64,000 bases of DNA, filler included, from a bacterium (GCA_037439705.1; 4 parts of 4 records of this genome joined end to end with filler, not necessarily neighbours in it); one strand, 5' to 3'; shown: positions 39,950 to 50,857, numbered from the whole stretch's first letter. Numbers and translations are program-made. The notes: generated from the sequence alone by a model not told the origin.

Positions 39950-41338
39950 ATGCGGTTTAAAGAATGGCTTCTGAGAAGAAAATTTCTTCTTAAAGTCCTT
40001 AATTTTATAGGTATTCATGTCCCACCGGATAAAAAAGATATTTTACACTTCTCTCCCAGATTTTTAACCTTTGTAATCGTGTTATTTGTCTTTTTCATCA
40101 TTGGTGCAGGATTATTTCTTCAGTTCAGCACAAGTTCACCATTTTGTGGTACCTGCCATATAATGAAACCCTATTATAAAGCCTGGAAAGAGTCTTCCCA
40201 CAATTTTGTCCCGTGTGTTGATTGTCATTATCCACCCGGATTTGCGGAGGAATTCAGGGGAAAGATTCAGGCATCTGTTCAGGTATTCAAATACATTACA
40301 AGAACTTACGGCACCAAGCCATACGCTGAAATAGAGGATTCAAGTTGTCTAAGAAAGGGCTGTCATGAAAGAAGGCTTCTTGAAGGTAAAACGAAGTTTA
40401 AAAAAGATGTAATATTTGACCATAAGCCGCATCTTATGCAGATGAGAAGAGGAAGGAAATTAAAATGTACTTCATGTCATTCTCAAATTGTTGTTGGTTC
40501 TCATATAGCTGTCACAGAGAGTGTTTGCTTTATATGCCACTTCAAACCGGAAGATGACGGCAGTCCTTCTCCTATTTCACGATGCACAATATGTCACACT
40601 CCACCGGAAAAGGAAATAGTGTTTGGTAATATCTCTTACACCCATACTGATTTTGTAGAGAGAGGTGTTGAATGCGAAAAGTGCCATTTCAATGTTGTCC
40701 AGGGAAAAGGAGAGGCTCCAAAAGAAATGTGTTTGACCTGTCACGGAGAGCCAGAAAAGCTGGAAAAGTTCAACGACCACAAATTTATTCACGATATTCA
40801 TGTTACCACCCACAAAGTTGAATGTTTCCAGTGTCATACAGAAATAAACCATAAGGTTACAACCGATATCACTCCGCTGAAGAACGATTGTTTTTCCTGC
40901 CATCTAAATATGCATGAAGCACAAAAAATGATTTACAGTGGCACAGGAGGTAAAGAAGCAGAAGATATGCCATCATCAATGTTTTTGGCTAAAGTTGATT
41001 GCGTTGCCTGTCATATAGAGCGTGATAAAAGCCCATCTCCGGAACTGAAAGGTTTTACATATAAACCAATCGAGGCAGCATGTCTAAGCTGCCATGGTAT
41101 TGAGTATAAAGGTATTCTTGATGAATGGAGGAGCACAATTAAAAGTTATGAAAAGCGAGTCGAAAATCTAATAAAAATTGCAGGTTCTAAAAAACTTTCT
41201 GATGAGGCAAAAGAAAAATTCAACATTGCGATCTTCAATTACAATCTTGTTAAGTATGGGCGAGGGATTCACAATGTAGAATATGCAACTTCTCTTCTTC
41301 AGAAATCGGAAGAATTACTTAAAGAGATACTAAAATGA
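39950..41338 (+). CDS. NapC/NirT-like membrane-anchored multiheme cytochrome (about 12 hemes)
   Basis: N-terminal TM then FCGTCHIM; 11 CxxCH plus one CX4CH (CLRKGCH). Confidence 0.88.
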   Translation: MRFKEWLLRRKFLLKVLNFIGIHVPPDKKDILHFSPRFLTFVIVLFVFFIIGAGLFLQFSTSSPFCGTCHIMKPYYKAWKESSHNFVPCVDCHYPPGFAEEFRGKIQASVQVFKYITRTYGTKPYAEIEDSSCLRKGCHERRLLEGKTKFKKDVIFDHKPHLMQMRRGRKLKCTSCHSQIVVGSHIAVTESVCFICHFKPEDDGSPSPISRCTICHTPPEKEIVFGNISYTHTDFVERGVECEKCHFNVVQGKGEAPKEMCLTCHGEPEKLEKFNDHKFIHDIHVTTHKVECFQCHTEINHKVTTDITPLKNDCFSCHLNMHEAQKMIYSGTGGKEAEDMPSSMFLAKVDCVACHIERDKSPSPELKGFTYKPIEAACLSCHGIEYKGILDEWRSTIKSYEKRVENLIKIAGSKKLSDEAKEKFNIAIFNYNLVKYGRGIHNVEYATSLLQKSEELLKEILK

Positions 41339-41343
41339 TTAAA

Positions 41344-42417
41344 TTAACCGCTTCTGAATTTTATTCTAATCAATTCCCTGTCCTTTAATATGTAATCCCT
41401 CCCCTCTGTTCTGAATAAACCCCTTGCACGAGCCTCTGCTTCTGAGCCGGTTTTTATAAGTTCCTCTGCACCGATAACCTCAGCCTTTATAAAACCCCTT
41501 TCCATATCGGAATGAATCATACCAGCAGCCTCTATCACTTTTGAGCCATTTTTTATCGGCCATGCCCTCAATTCTTCTCCTTCAAACCCTGTGTAAAAAG
41601 TTATCAGGTCAAGGGTTTTGTAAGCAGTTTTTACAAGCCTCGTAAGGGCTGAGCCCTTCATTTCTTTGTAGAATTCCCTTTTTTCTTCTTCACCAAGTTC
41701 AAGGATTTCCTCTTCAATTTTTGCATCTATTTCAACAACTTCTATTCCGTTTTCCCGTCCGTAATCCCTGAGCATTTCAACAAATTTTTCTCCGCCCTCC
41801 GAATAGTTTGCAACTATAAATAAAGGTTTCAGACTGATAAGATTTAGTGATTTCACATATTCATTTTCCTTAATTTCTTTTGGCACTTCCTCATCCCTTT
41901 CCAGCCTTTCTTTGAGGAGGGTCAAAATTTCAAGTTCTTCCTTTGCTTCCTTTACCCCTGCTCCTGATGCTCTTTTCATTTTATCTATTCTTCTTTCAAC
42001 CACTTCAAGGTCTGAAAGCTTAAGTTCTGTATTTACTATCTCAATATCCCTTATTGGGTCAGGTTTGCCCTCAACATGTATCACATCTTCTTTTACGAAG
42101 CATCTCACCACATGCGCAACAGCGTGAACATCCCTTATGTGTGAGAGGAAACGATTTCCGAGTCCTTCACCCTTGCTTGCTCCTTTTACAAGTCCCGCTA
42201 TGTCAACGAACTGAACCGTTGAAGGTTTTTTTTCTGTTGAACGCAGAACTTTAGAAAGAGCATCAAGCATTTCGTCTTCCACAGGCATAACTCCTAAATT
42301 TGGCTCAATGGTAGTGAAGGGATAGTTTGAAACATTTGCTCCTGCAGAAGTAAGCAGATTAAAAATTGTGGATTTTCCTACATTTGGAAGTCCAATTATC
42401 CCGCATCTTAAGGGCAC
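41344..42417 (-). CDS. ychF: Redox-regulated ATPase YchF
   Basis: GLPNVGKST, NYPFTTIEPN, DIAGLVKGASKGEGLGN, TGS domain. Confidence 0.95.
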   Translation of the reverse strand: MPLRCGIIGLPNVGKSTIFNLLTSAGANVSNYPFTTIEPNLGVMPVEDEMLDALSKVLRSTEKKPSTVQFVDIAGLVKGASKGEGLGNRFLSHIRDVHAVAHVVRCFVKEDVIHVEGKPDPIRDIEIVNTELKLSDLEVVERRIDKMKRASGAGVKEAKEELEILTLLKERLERDEEVPKEIKENEYVKSLNLISLKPLFIVANYSEGGEKFVEMLRDYGRENGIEVVEIDAKIEEEILELGEEEKREFYKEMKGSALTRLVKTAYKTLDLITFYTGFEGEELRAWPIKNGSKVIEAAGMIHSDMERGFIKAEVIGAEELIKTGSEAEARARGLFRTEGRDYILKDRELIRIKFRSG

Positions 42418-42418
42418 T

Positions 42419-43900
42419 TTATACCCTCATTTCCTTTTGTATTTCCTTTTTATTGATAATTTTCCTTATCCCATCAATTATATCTTCCGAAATTTCTCTT
42501 GATAAAGCTTCAAGCTTTTGACCGATGCCATTTTTCAGGTCTCTTAAATAATCTATGTAAGGTCTGTTCTTCCTCTTCCATTTTGCGATTATCCTTTTTG
42601 CATAGAGTCTCAGAACGAAGATTCTGAGGTCCAATTTTAAAAGACTCTTTAATGCTCGCCACAGAGAATAGAATTTGCCCATTGCTTTCACTGTCATTAT
42701 TTGGAGTTCAAAGGAGCTCATATTTTTCGGTTGATATACCACATGATGGCCATCATAAAGCCACCAGTTTTTTGTGATTATTCTTTTTTCTTCTTCAAGT
42801 TTTTTGTATAAAATAGTTCCTGGAATCGGCGTAAGAATCATAAACTGGACAGTTTCAAGTCCAGATTTTCTGGCAAAGTCAACAGTTTCTTTGAATACCT
42901 CTTTTGTATCCTCATCTGCTCCAAGGACGAACATACCGTGAAGTTTTATCCCTGTCTTATGAAATTTGTCAATACATCTTCTTATGTCATCAACTGTTTG
43001 TTTCTTTTTGTAGGATTCAAGTGTATATGGATTTATGGACTCTATTCCAATATAACATGTATAACATCCTGATGCCTTCATAAGTTCAATGAGTTCATCG
43101 TCCTTTGCTACATCCACCCTTACCTGCGCTGTCCAGTGAGGAGTGGTTTTTGTCTTGAGCATCATTTTTAAAAGTTCTTTGGTTCTCTTTGGATTGGCTG
43201 CAAAATTGTCATCGTAAAAGAATATCCATTCTGCTCTTGAAGCTCTTATTTCCCTTATAACCTTCTCATTATCAACGAATCTATACCTTCTTCCAAACAT
43301 TGCTGTAACCGAACAAAAACTGCAATCGTAGGGGCATCCCCTTGATGTCATCATCGGATAAACCGAAAATCCCTTGTGGTTTTCTATGAGTGAGAAATCA
43401 GGGAATGGAAGTTTGTTTATGTCCTCGCATCTTGCCATTTCTTTTGAGATATAAATTCCATTTTCTCCTCTGTAGCAGACTCCCGGAATTTTTTTAAGTT
43501 CTTCTCCGTTCTCGTAGGCTTTTAAAAAGTTTAAAAAAGCATCATCCCCTTCACCCATTATTACATAATCTACAAATTTTAGAGCCTCTTCAGGCATAAA
43601 TGTAACATGGGGACCTCCCATCACGACTTTTATCCCTTCCTCCCTTAAAACCTTCGCAAGTTCATACCCTCTTGTAACAGTTGGGGTTATGGTTGAAATA
43701 GCAACGAGGTCTGCGGAAAGCAGTTCTTCAAAACCAATGCCTGATATGTTTTCAACAAAAACCCTTACTTCATATCCTGCTTCTTTTAAGAGTGTGGCTA
43801 AAATAATTGTCCCGAGCCTTGGAAGAGGATACTTTTTGTAAACATGATGCTCAACGGATGCAGGTTCAACGAATACAATTTTCCTTATTTTATTTCCCAT
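42419..43900 (-). CDS. Cobalamin-binding radical SAM protein
   Basis: MGGPHVTFMPEE, GEGD, SRGCPYDCSFC, DDNF, IGIES; start probably ATG 43900. Confidence 0.85.
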   Translation of the reverse strand: MGNKIRKIVFVEPASVEHHVYKKYPLPRLGTIILATLLKEAGYEVRVFVENISGIGFEELLSADLVAISTITPTVTRGYELAKVLREEGIKVVMGGPHVTFMPEEALKFVDYVIMGEGDDAFLNFLKAYENGEELKKIPGVCYRGENGIYISKEMARCEDINKLPFPDFSLIENHKGFSVYPMMTSRGCPYDCSFCSVTAMFGRRYRFVDNEKVIREIRASRAEWIFFYDDNFAANPKRTKELLKMMLKTKTTPHWTAQVRVDVAKDDELIELMKASGCYTCYIGIESINPYTLESYKKKQTVDDIRRCIDKFHKTGIKLHGMFVLGADEDTKEVFKETVDFARKSGLETVQFMILTPIPGTILYKKLEEEKRIITKNWWLYDGHHVVYQPKNMSSFELQIMTVKAMGKFYSLWRALKSLLKLDLRIFVLRLYAKRIIAKWKRKNRPYIDYLRDLKNGIGQKLEALSREISEDIIDGIRKIINKKEIQKEMRV

Positions 43901-43978
43901 TATTTTTACCTTACTCCTGTTTGACATTAAAATCAAAGAATTTCTTGACTTTTATTTTTTTAATGAAAAAATTTTGCC

Positions 43979-44605
43979 ATGTGGAGAAGGATTTTTAAAA
44001 GACAGGATATATTCTTTGAACTAATTGACAGGGCATCAGCAAAAATAAGAGAAGGTGCAGATGCTTTTCTTGACCTGGTGAAGAATTTTGAGAATGTTAA
44101 GGAGAAGGCTGAGAAAATAAAGGATATTGAAAGGGAATGCGATGATATAACCCACGAGGTGTTTGAGAGATTGAGTACCACCTTTGTTACACCGATTGAC
44201 AGGGAGGATATTCATCTTTTGATTTCAAGGATGGACGATGTTATGGATATGGTTTATGCTGTTTCAGAAAGAATATATCTTTTCAATATAAACGAGCTAA
44301 CCCCAGCTGCTGTTCAACTGGCGGAGGTTTTTGTTAAATCCATTTACGAGATTACTCAAGCGATAAGCCACACGAGGCATCTTGGGAAGGCTTTTGACAT
44401 TCTGAGACACTGTGTGGAGGTGAACAGACTTGAAAATGAGGGTGATGATATTACGAGGAGTGCTATAGGCAATCTTTTTGAAGAACATCATGACCCTTTA
44501 TATATAATAAAATGGAAGGAGATTTACGAAACGATAGAAAGGGGCATAGATAAATGTGAAGATGTTGCCAATGTTATAGAAACCATAATTTTGAAGAATG
44601 CATGA
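43979..44605 (+). CDS. DUF47/PhoU-like phosphate transport regulator
   Basis: IERECD, TFVTPIDREDI, LENEGD, DKCEDVAN; precedes pit. Confidence 0.9.
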   Translation: MWRRIFKRQDIFFELIDRASAKIREGADAFLDLVKNFENVKEKAEKIKDIERECDDITHEVFERLSTTFVTPIDREDIHLLISRMDDVMDMVYAVSERIYLFNINELTPAAVQLAEVFVKSIYEITQAISHTRHLGKAFDILRHCVEVNRLENEGDDITRSAIGNLFEEHHDPLYIIKWKEIYETIERGIDKCEDVANVIETIILKNA

Positions 44606-45595
44606 GACAACTTTTGTAATAGTCATTACAGTAATTATTCTGGCAATTTTATTTGATTTTACAAATGGATGGAATGATGCAGCGAATGCAATAGCCACAG
44701 TTGTATCAACAAAGGTTCTTACACCGTTAGTAGCAGTTCTTTTTGCAGGAATTTTAAATGCCATTGGTGCTTTTTACAATACAGAGGTTGCAAAGACTAT
44801 AGGTAAGGGAATTGTCAGTCCCGATCATTTGACTCCTTTAGCAGTAATAAGTGTACTTGCTGGCGCTGTTTTGTGGAATGTGTTTTGTACCTTGAAGGGT
44901 TTGCCCATAAGCATAACCCATAGCCTTGTTGGAGCCATAATGGGAGCGGGAATGGTAAATGCTGGTTTTTCCCTTTCAGCACTGAATACAAAAGTGATCT
45001 TGAAGATATTAATTGCCCTTATAGTCTCTCCCTTTCTGGGATTTATTGTGGGAATGATAGCAATAAAGATAATTTTCTTTATATTCCGAAGAGCAAATCC
45101 ATCAAGGGCAAATAAATGGTTCGGGAGATTACAACTTTTTTCCTCAGGATTTATGGCTTTTAGTCATGGAGCCAATGATGCNNNNNNNNNNGTATAATAA
45201 CCACAGCACTTTATTCCGGTGGAATAATAAAGGTTTTTGATGTTCCATACTGGGTAATCCTTCTGTGTGCTACTGTTATAGCCATTGGAACAATAGTTGG
45301 AGGATGGAGGGTTATAAGAACACTTGGACAAAAAATTTATGATCTTAAAACAGTTCATGGATTCACTGCAGAAACAACATCCGCCTTAATTTTGCTTTTT
45401 GCAACAGAACTGGGAATTCCTATAAGCACAACCCATGTTATTACCTCCGCCGTGATTGGAGTTGGGTCGTCAAAAAGGCTTTCAGCAGTGAGATGGGGGG
45501 TTGCGTTCAATATAATTTTTGCATGGATTGCAACCATTCCTGCCTGTGCGATGCTGGCAGGTATTTTTCTGGTGATTTTAAAAAGTTTTTCTTGA
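44598..45595 (+). CDS. pit: Inorganic phosphate transporter (PiT family), spans N gap 45182-45191
   Basis: NGWNDAANAIAT, PISITH, HGAND, GGWRVI, PISTTH. Confidence 0.9.
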
Positions 45596-45621
45596 CATTG
45601 TTGAAAACAATCTGTTAAAAT
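45592..45621 (+). promoter_or_regulatory. sigma70 promoter with extended -10
   Basis: TTGACA-18-TAAAAT with TG one base upstream of the -10. Confidence 0.6.
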
Positions 45622-45641
45622 GTTAAAAATAAAAGGAGGTT

Positions 45642-47567
45642 ATGATGAAAAAATTTCTTATATTTCTTGCAGTTATTTTAGGAGAAGCTCAATTTTTGAA
45701 TGCAGGAACAATTGTGCCAAATAAATTTGGGCTTGCAGGAACATACAGGCTTTTTTCAGCTCAGGTCCTTCCAAAGAGGTCTTTTTCCCTTACACTTATG
45801 GGGAATTATGAAAGGTCTTCTGATTTTATTAATCCTCTTATGAATTCTCCATCTCAGTATGAGGTTCAGCCAGGATACAGACTTGAAAGAATAGAGGGAG
45901 ACTTCTCAATTTCTTATTCCTTTTTTGAATATCTTGAAACAGGTATAAATCTTTATTCCTCTGCCACATCAATGAAGGATAGAGTTAGCAGGTATGACTT
46001 TGTTCAATCAATAGGAGACTTTGACATTTTTATAAAAGGCGTTTATATGACAAGAAGCGGGATAGGAGTAGGAGGAGTTTTTCATCCAAGATTTTATACA
46101 AAAGTTGAAAGGCTTGGAATGGAGATGGATGCAACAAGCCTTGGCTTTTCACTTCTGTGGACGGTTGACCTATATAAAGCGAGACACACACCCGTTAGAG
46201 TTAATTTCAATATAGGATATTTCTGGGATCAATCTTCCAATTTGACATCACCGGAGAATGTAGGTTCAAACGATGTATTTTATGCTCTGAGAATGATTCC
46301 AGATTCCAGTCACATAATAAATGGAGGAATAAGTGTTGAATTTCCTTTTGAAGAAGTCATTCCTTTCATTGAATATTCAACTGACCAGGCTGTTTCAAGC
46401 GACAATTACAGAAGAAGGAAATATAATGAAAACCCCCAAAGGATAACACCGGGCTTCAAGTTCACACCGAGCAAAAACCTTTTGATATTGCTTGCAGGAG
46501 ATGTGTCTTTCTTTAAAACCGAAAAATTTGGCACCACCACATCACGTCCAGTTCCTCTCTGGACTGCAAATTTTGGAATAAGTTATACATTTCTACCTCC
46601 TCAAGTGATAGAGCTTGTTCCGCCACCTCCACCTCCTCCTACCACCGGAGCGATTGAAGGGAAGGTTATAGATTCTGTAAGCAAAAAACCCGTGGGAGAT
46701 GTAATTCTTCTTCTTGTTGGAACTGACCTCCCAAGATTTGCTTCAAACAGGGAGACAGGAGAATTCAAAATTACGGATGTTCCAGGGGGGGAGATTGAGA
46801 TTTCAACAACAAAAGAGGGATATAAACCAGCATCTGTGAAAGTAAATGTTGAAGTGGGAAAGACAGCATCCGTTGTAATAGAGATTGAAAAGGAAGAGGA
46901 GTTCGGATTCGTTGCTGGAAGGGTAACAGACCAGTATGGAGTTCCTGTTATTGCCTCAGTGTCTACGGATAAGCCGAATATTCCTCCATCTGCAGTTGAT
47001 CCCAAAACAGGCGAGTATAGAATCAAACTTCCACCAGGAACATACAAATTTACTGCTTCTGCTGAAGGTTATGTTTCTCAGACACAGGAAGCGGTGGTAA
47101 GGAACAAAGAAACAACGACGCTTCATTTTGTTCTTTCAAAGGTTGAAAAGCCACTTCCGCCCCCTCCCCCTCCACCACCTCCCAAAAAGCCTCTTGTTAT
47201 TTTAGAAAGGGCAAAGAAAAAGATAGAGATAAAAGAGCAGATATTCTTTGAATTTGCGAAGTCAAGAATCCTTCCAGTTTCATATCCCCTTCTTGATGAA
47301 ATAGCAAGGGTTTTGATAGAAAATCCTGACCTTGTTGTGGAGGTGCAGGGACATACTGACAGCAAGGGTTCTTATAATTTTAACATGAAACTTTCTCAGA
47401 GCAGGGAAAATTCTGTGCGGGAATATCTCATAAACAAAGGGGTTGAGCCACAGAGGTTGAAAGCTGTTGGTTATGGTCCAACACGCCCCATTGCCGATAA
47501 TGCTACAGAAGAGGGTAGAGCAAAGAACAGAAGGGTTGAATTTGTAATAATAGAACAAAAAGAATAG
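45642..47567 (+). CDS. Outer-membrane protein: beta-barrel, two carboxypeptidase-regulatory-like domains and OmpA C-terminal domain
   Basis: Signal peptide; poly-Pro linkers; G.I.G.V.D repeats; VQGHTD..NRRVEF. Confidence 0.85.
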   Translation: MMKKFLIFLAVILGEAQFLNAGTIVPNKFGLAGTYRLFSAQVLPKRSFSLTLMGNYERSSDFINPLMNSPSQYEVQPGYRLERIEGDFSISYSFFEYLETGINLYSSATSMKDRVSRYDFVQSIGDFDIFIKGVYMTRSGIGVGGVFHPRFYTKVERLGMEMDATSLGFSLLWTVDLYKARHTPVRVNFNIGYFWDQSSNLTSPENVGSNDVFYALRMIPDSSHIINGGISVEFPFEEVIPFIEYSTDQAVSSDNYRRRKYNENPQRITPGFKFTPSKNLLILLAGDVSFFKTEKFGTTTSRPVPLWTANFGISYTFLPPQVIELVPPPPPPPTTGAIEGKVIDSVSKKPVGDVILLLVGTDLPRFASNRETGEFKITDVPGGEIEISTTKEGYKPASVKVNVEVGKTASVVIEIEKEEEFGFVAGRVTDQYGVPVIASVSTDKPNIPPSAVDPKTGEYRIKLPPGTYKFTASAEGYVSQTQEAVVRNKETTTLHFVLSKVEKPLPPPPPPPPPKKPLVILERAKKKIEIKEQIFFEFAKSRILPVSYPLLDEIARVLIENPDLVVEVQGHTDSKGSYNFNMKLSQSRENSVREYLINKGVEPQRLKAVGYGPTRPIADNATEEGRAKNRRVEFVIIEQKE

Positions 47568-47605
47568 CGCTTTAGAAAAATTTTTATGTTTGGTATTTTG
47601 TAATT

Positions 47606-48235
47606 GTGAAAGAAAAGTTAATTTCTATTTTTTCAATGATATTATTGGTGGGAGGAATTGGTTTAGTTTTTTTCTTCATTCTGAGTGGAAGAATAGATGT
47701 TCAATTTATCACCAATCTTACAAAGGAGCATTCTTTATTTTTAAACGCCATCATTTTTCTTTTTCTATTTACCGTTAGACCAATTTTCCCGGTTCCATTT
47801 TCAATAATGACTGTTGCAGGCGGGATTATATTCGGTATGGTTTGGGGACTTATTTTATCATTTATAGGCTCAACTGCGGGCGGAATAGTTGGTTTTTATT
47901 TTGCCAGGAAAACAGGAAAGGACCTTCTAAAAAAAATGCTTGGTAAGAAATTCGATGATATAACAGAAAAAGTTAAAGAAAATGAAATTTTAAAAGTAGC
48001 AATGCTGAGGCTTGTTCCAATTAATAATTTTGATATTTTAAATTATCTTCTCGGAATATCAGGAATATCCCTCAAGGGATTTATTCTCGGAAGCTGGCTC
48101 GGACTCTCTCCGTGGTTTATTCTCCTCATTTTAACCGGATATTCCATCAAAACTTCAAACAGGATTCTTTTTATTGTTTCCTTCTCTTTTTCTTTTTATC
48201 CAAAAAGAATGAAAAATATAACAAAAATGATATAA
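47606..48235 (+). CDS. TVP38/DedA (VTT domain) membrane protein
   Basis: PVP..AGG.IFG..G, LRLVP..FD.LNY..G. Confidence 0.85.
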   Translation: MKEKLISIFSMILLVGGIGLVFFFILSGRIDVQFITNLTKEHSLFLNAIIFLFLFTVRPIFPVPFSIMTVAGGIIFGMVWGLILSFIGSTAGGIVGFYFARKTGKDLLKKMLGKKFDDITEKVKENEILKVAMLRLVPINNFDILNYLLGISGISLKGFILGSWLGLSPWFILLILTGYSIKTSNRILFIVSFSFSFYPKRMKNITKMI

Positions 48236-48244
48236 AATTAAGCA

Positions 48245-49619
48245 ATGGTAAGGGTGCTCATAATTGATGATGAAAAGAACCTGTGTGAGGTCTTGAGGGA
48301 GGTTCTGATTAGAGAAGGGTATGATGCAGTCTATGAAACATCTCCTGTTTCCGCTCTTGAGAGATTGAAAAAAGAGGTTTTTGATTTCGTTCTCTGCGAC
48401 ATAGTAATGCCTGAACTTGATGGACTTCATATTNNNNNNNNNNCCAAAAATAAAAGAAATTTCACCTGATAGCGTGATAATAATGATGTCTGCTTACGGA
48501 ACTGTGGATACAGCAGTGGAATGCCTCAAAAGGGGTGCCGATGATTACATTTCTAAGCCCTTTAAAAAGGATGAGGCGATTCTGACAATAAAGAAGGCTG
48601 AAGAAAGACAGAGACTATTGAGGGAAAACATAATGCTCAAAAGGGAATTAAGGAAAACATACGGGTTTGAGAGGATAATATGGAAGAGCAAGGCGATGGA
48701 GGAAGTTATAGAAAAGAGCAAAAAAGTGGCTCCTTACAGGGTTCCTGTGCTTATAACAGGTGAGAGCGGAACCGGGAAGGAACTCATTGCCCGTGCCATC
48801 CATCTTTCAAGCGGGCTTCCGGAAGAAAAGTTTGTTACTATAAATTGCGCTGCAATTCCTGAGAACCTCCTTGAAAGCGAACTCTTCGGTTATATGAAGG
48901 GAGCATTTACAGGAGCTATATATTCAAAGAGAGGTCTTCTTGAGGAGGGAGATGGTGGAACTGCATTTCTTGATGAGATAGGAGACCTTCCTTTATCCCT
49001 TCAGGTCAAAATTTTAAGATTTCTTCAGGATGGAGAGATAAGGAGGCTTGGAGAATCATCGCCAAGGAATGTAAATGTTAGAGTAATATGCGCCACTTCA
49101 AGAGACCTTTTGAAGGATGTTAAGGAAGGAAGGTTCAGGGAGGACCTGTTTTACAGAATAAATGTGATAACCATAAAAATTCCGCCATTGAGGGAAAGGA
49201 AGGAGGATATTCCTGTTTTAGTGGAACATTTCGTAAAAGTGAAATCCCATTCTATTGGAAAGAATGTTAAGGGCGTATCTCCTTCATGTATGAAGATGTT
49301 GATGGATTATCCGTGGTATGGAAATGTCAGGGAATTGGAGAATATGATTGAGAGGGCTATTGTTCTTTGTGAAGGTGATTTGCTTGATGAAAAAGATTTT
49401 CCTTCAATCCTTGAATGGAAGGAAGGAAAGGATGAATTCGCAAAAGATGAATTTTCTATTAAAAAGCATTCCCAGGCTCTTGAGAGGGAGCTGATAATAA
49501 AGGCTCTAAAAAGGACAGGAGGTAATAAATCAAAGGCGGCAAAGCTTCTTGATATAAGTTTGCGTGCCCTTATTTATAAAATCAAGGAATACGGAATAGA
49601 GGAGGAAGTGAAGGGTTAG
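48245..49619 (+). CDS. sigma54-dependent response regulator (NtrC family), spans N gap 48434-48443
   Basis: Receiver domain; GESGTGKE, GAFTGA, FLDEIG; Fis HTH. Confidence 0.92.
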
Positions 49620-50857
49620 AACCTGTAAAGCATCTCTATGCCCATTGTGAATACTTCTCCATCCCATGTATGATCGACGGCAGGAAGTTCCTTCTGGGTA
49701 GTTCCTCTATCAAGTATGTGTGCCTGTAAGAACGAATTTATTGATACTGGTTTTTCAAGAAGTCCAAGGGGATCCATAAAGTGGAATCCAAGACCAAATG
49801 AAATTATGGATTTATCTGAATCCATATAGTTGGATTCTCCTCTCTGCGGAGGGACAGGCGTTGGAACATAGGCGTATCCCACTCTTATGGATAGGTAGTC
49901 AATAGGCGTTATTTCAATTCCAATCCTCGGGCTTACTGTGTCATTAAAATTTGGTTTATTTGATGACTCAAGTCCTAAAGCCTCTCCAACATCCTCCGCA
50001 CCCTCCAGTTTTGTAACAAATACGGGTGCTCTGAACCTTGAGTATCTTGAAAACACGATGTCAAGGTCTGCTTTGAGAAGGTCTTTATAAAGGTATCCGA
50101 TACCACCTGTCAGCATCTGTGGTCTGTAATGGTCTATCACATATCCACTGAGTGTTACAGGTGTTGTTCCGAGGAATATTATGGCGTCAGTAAAAGAAAT
50201 TTTTACCATTATTTCGTCTATGAATTTTAAACCGAAGCTTAAAAAGTCAAACGGCCTGAACATAATTGATGCCATTCCAGCAACCCTTCCTGGCATGGGA
50301 GATTTTATCTTTATCGGTTCGTCCCTGTCTGTGAGGTTCATTTTCATATCCACATTAAGGTCTGCAAGCGCTTCTATACCTCCTGATATTGAAAGGGTTT
50401 TGTGGGGTCTGAATGCTATCGCTACTAAAAGGTTTAGAACATCCCCAGTATTATCATACATTATGAATTGAGGCTTCTTTGATGAATATGTTTCAACCTC
50501 AATCACATAACTTGTTGGCAGGAATATGCCAAGTCCCATAGAGAAAGCCTTTGAAAGTGTTCCCTGCCCAAGAGGAGTTGAATATCCGACCATTATTCCA
50601 CGAATTGGGTCGATGTCCTTTTTGGTATTATCATCATACACAAGTCTTGTTAAGCCATAAAAGAATCCTATTCCTAACTGTGCATCCTTGTTAAATGCTA
50701 TTCCTGCTGGATTGTAATAGACAGCAGAAAAATCGTCTGCAATTGCTGAGTAGCCGAGAAGGGAAGAACCCCTTGCTCCAAAACCATAAAGATCACTTGT
50801 TGCACCCCTTGCATAAAGAGGAATTAAACACAGGACACCCAAGAATATCTTCTTCAT
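49616..50857 (-). CDS. FadL/OmpP1-family outer-membrane transporter
   Basis: YGFGARG, ADDFSAVYYNPAG hatch motif; C-terminal YRF. Confidence 0.85.
   Translation of the reverse strand: MKKIFLGVLCLIPLYARGATSDLYGFGARGSSLLGYSAIADDFSAVYYNPAGIAFNKDAQLGIGFFYGLTRLVYDDNTKKDIDPIRGIMVGYSTPLGQGTLSKAFSMGLGIFLPTSYVIEVETYSSKKPQFIMYDNTGDVLNLLVAIAFRPHKTLSISGGIEALADLNVDMKMNLTDRDEPIKIKSPMPGRVAGMASIMFRPFDFLSFGLKFIDEIMVKISFTDAIIFLGTTPVTLSGYVIDHYRPQMLTGGIGYLYKDLLKADLDIVFSRYSRFRAPVFVTKLEGAEDVGEALGLESSNKPNFNDTVSPRIGIEITPIDYLSIRVGYAYVPTPVPPQRGESNYMDSDKSIISFGLGFHFMDPLGLLEKPVSINSFLQAHILDRGTTQKELPAVDHTWDGEVFTMGIEMLYRF

Noticed and set aside
46616-47183. C-rich short tandem repeats
   Set aside because: They encode poly-proline linkers with mixed codons, not contingency repeats
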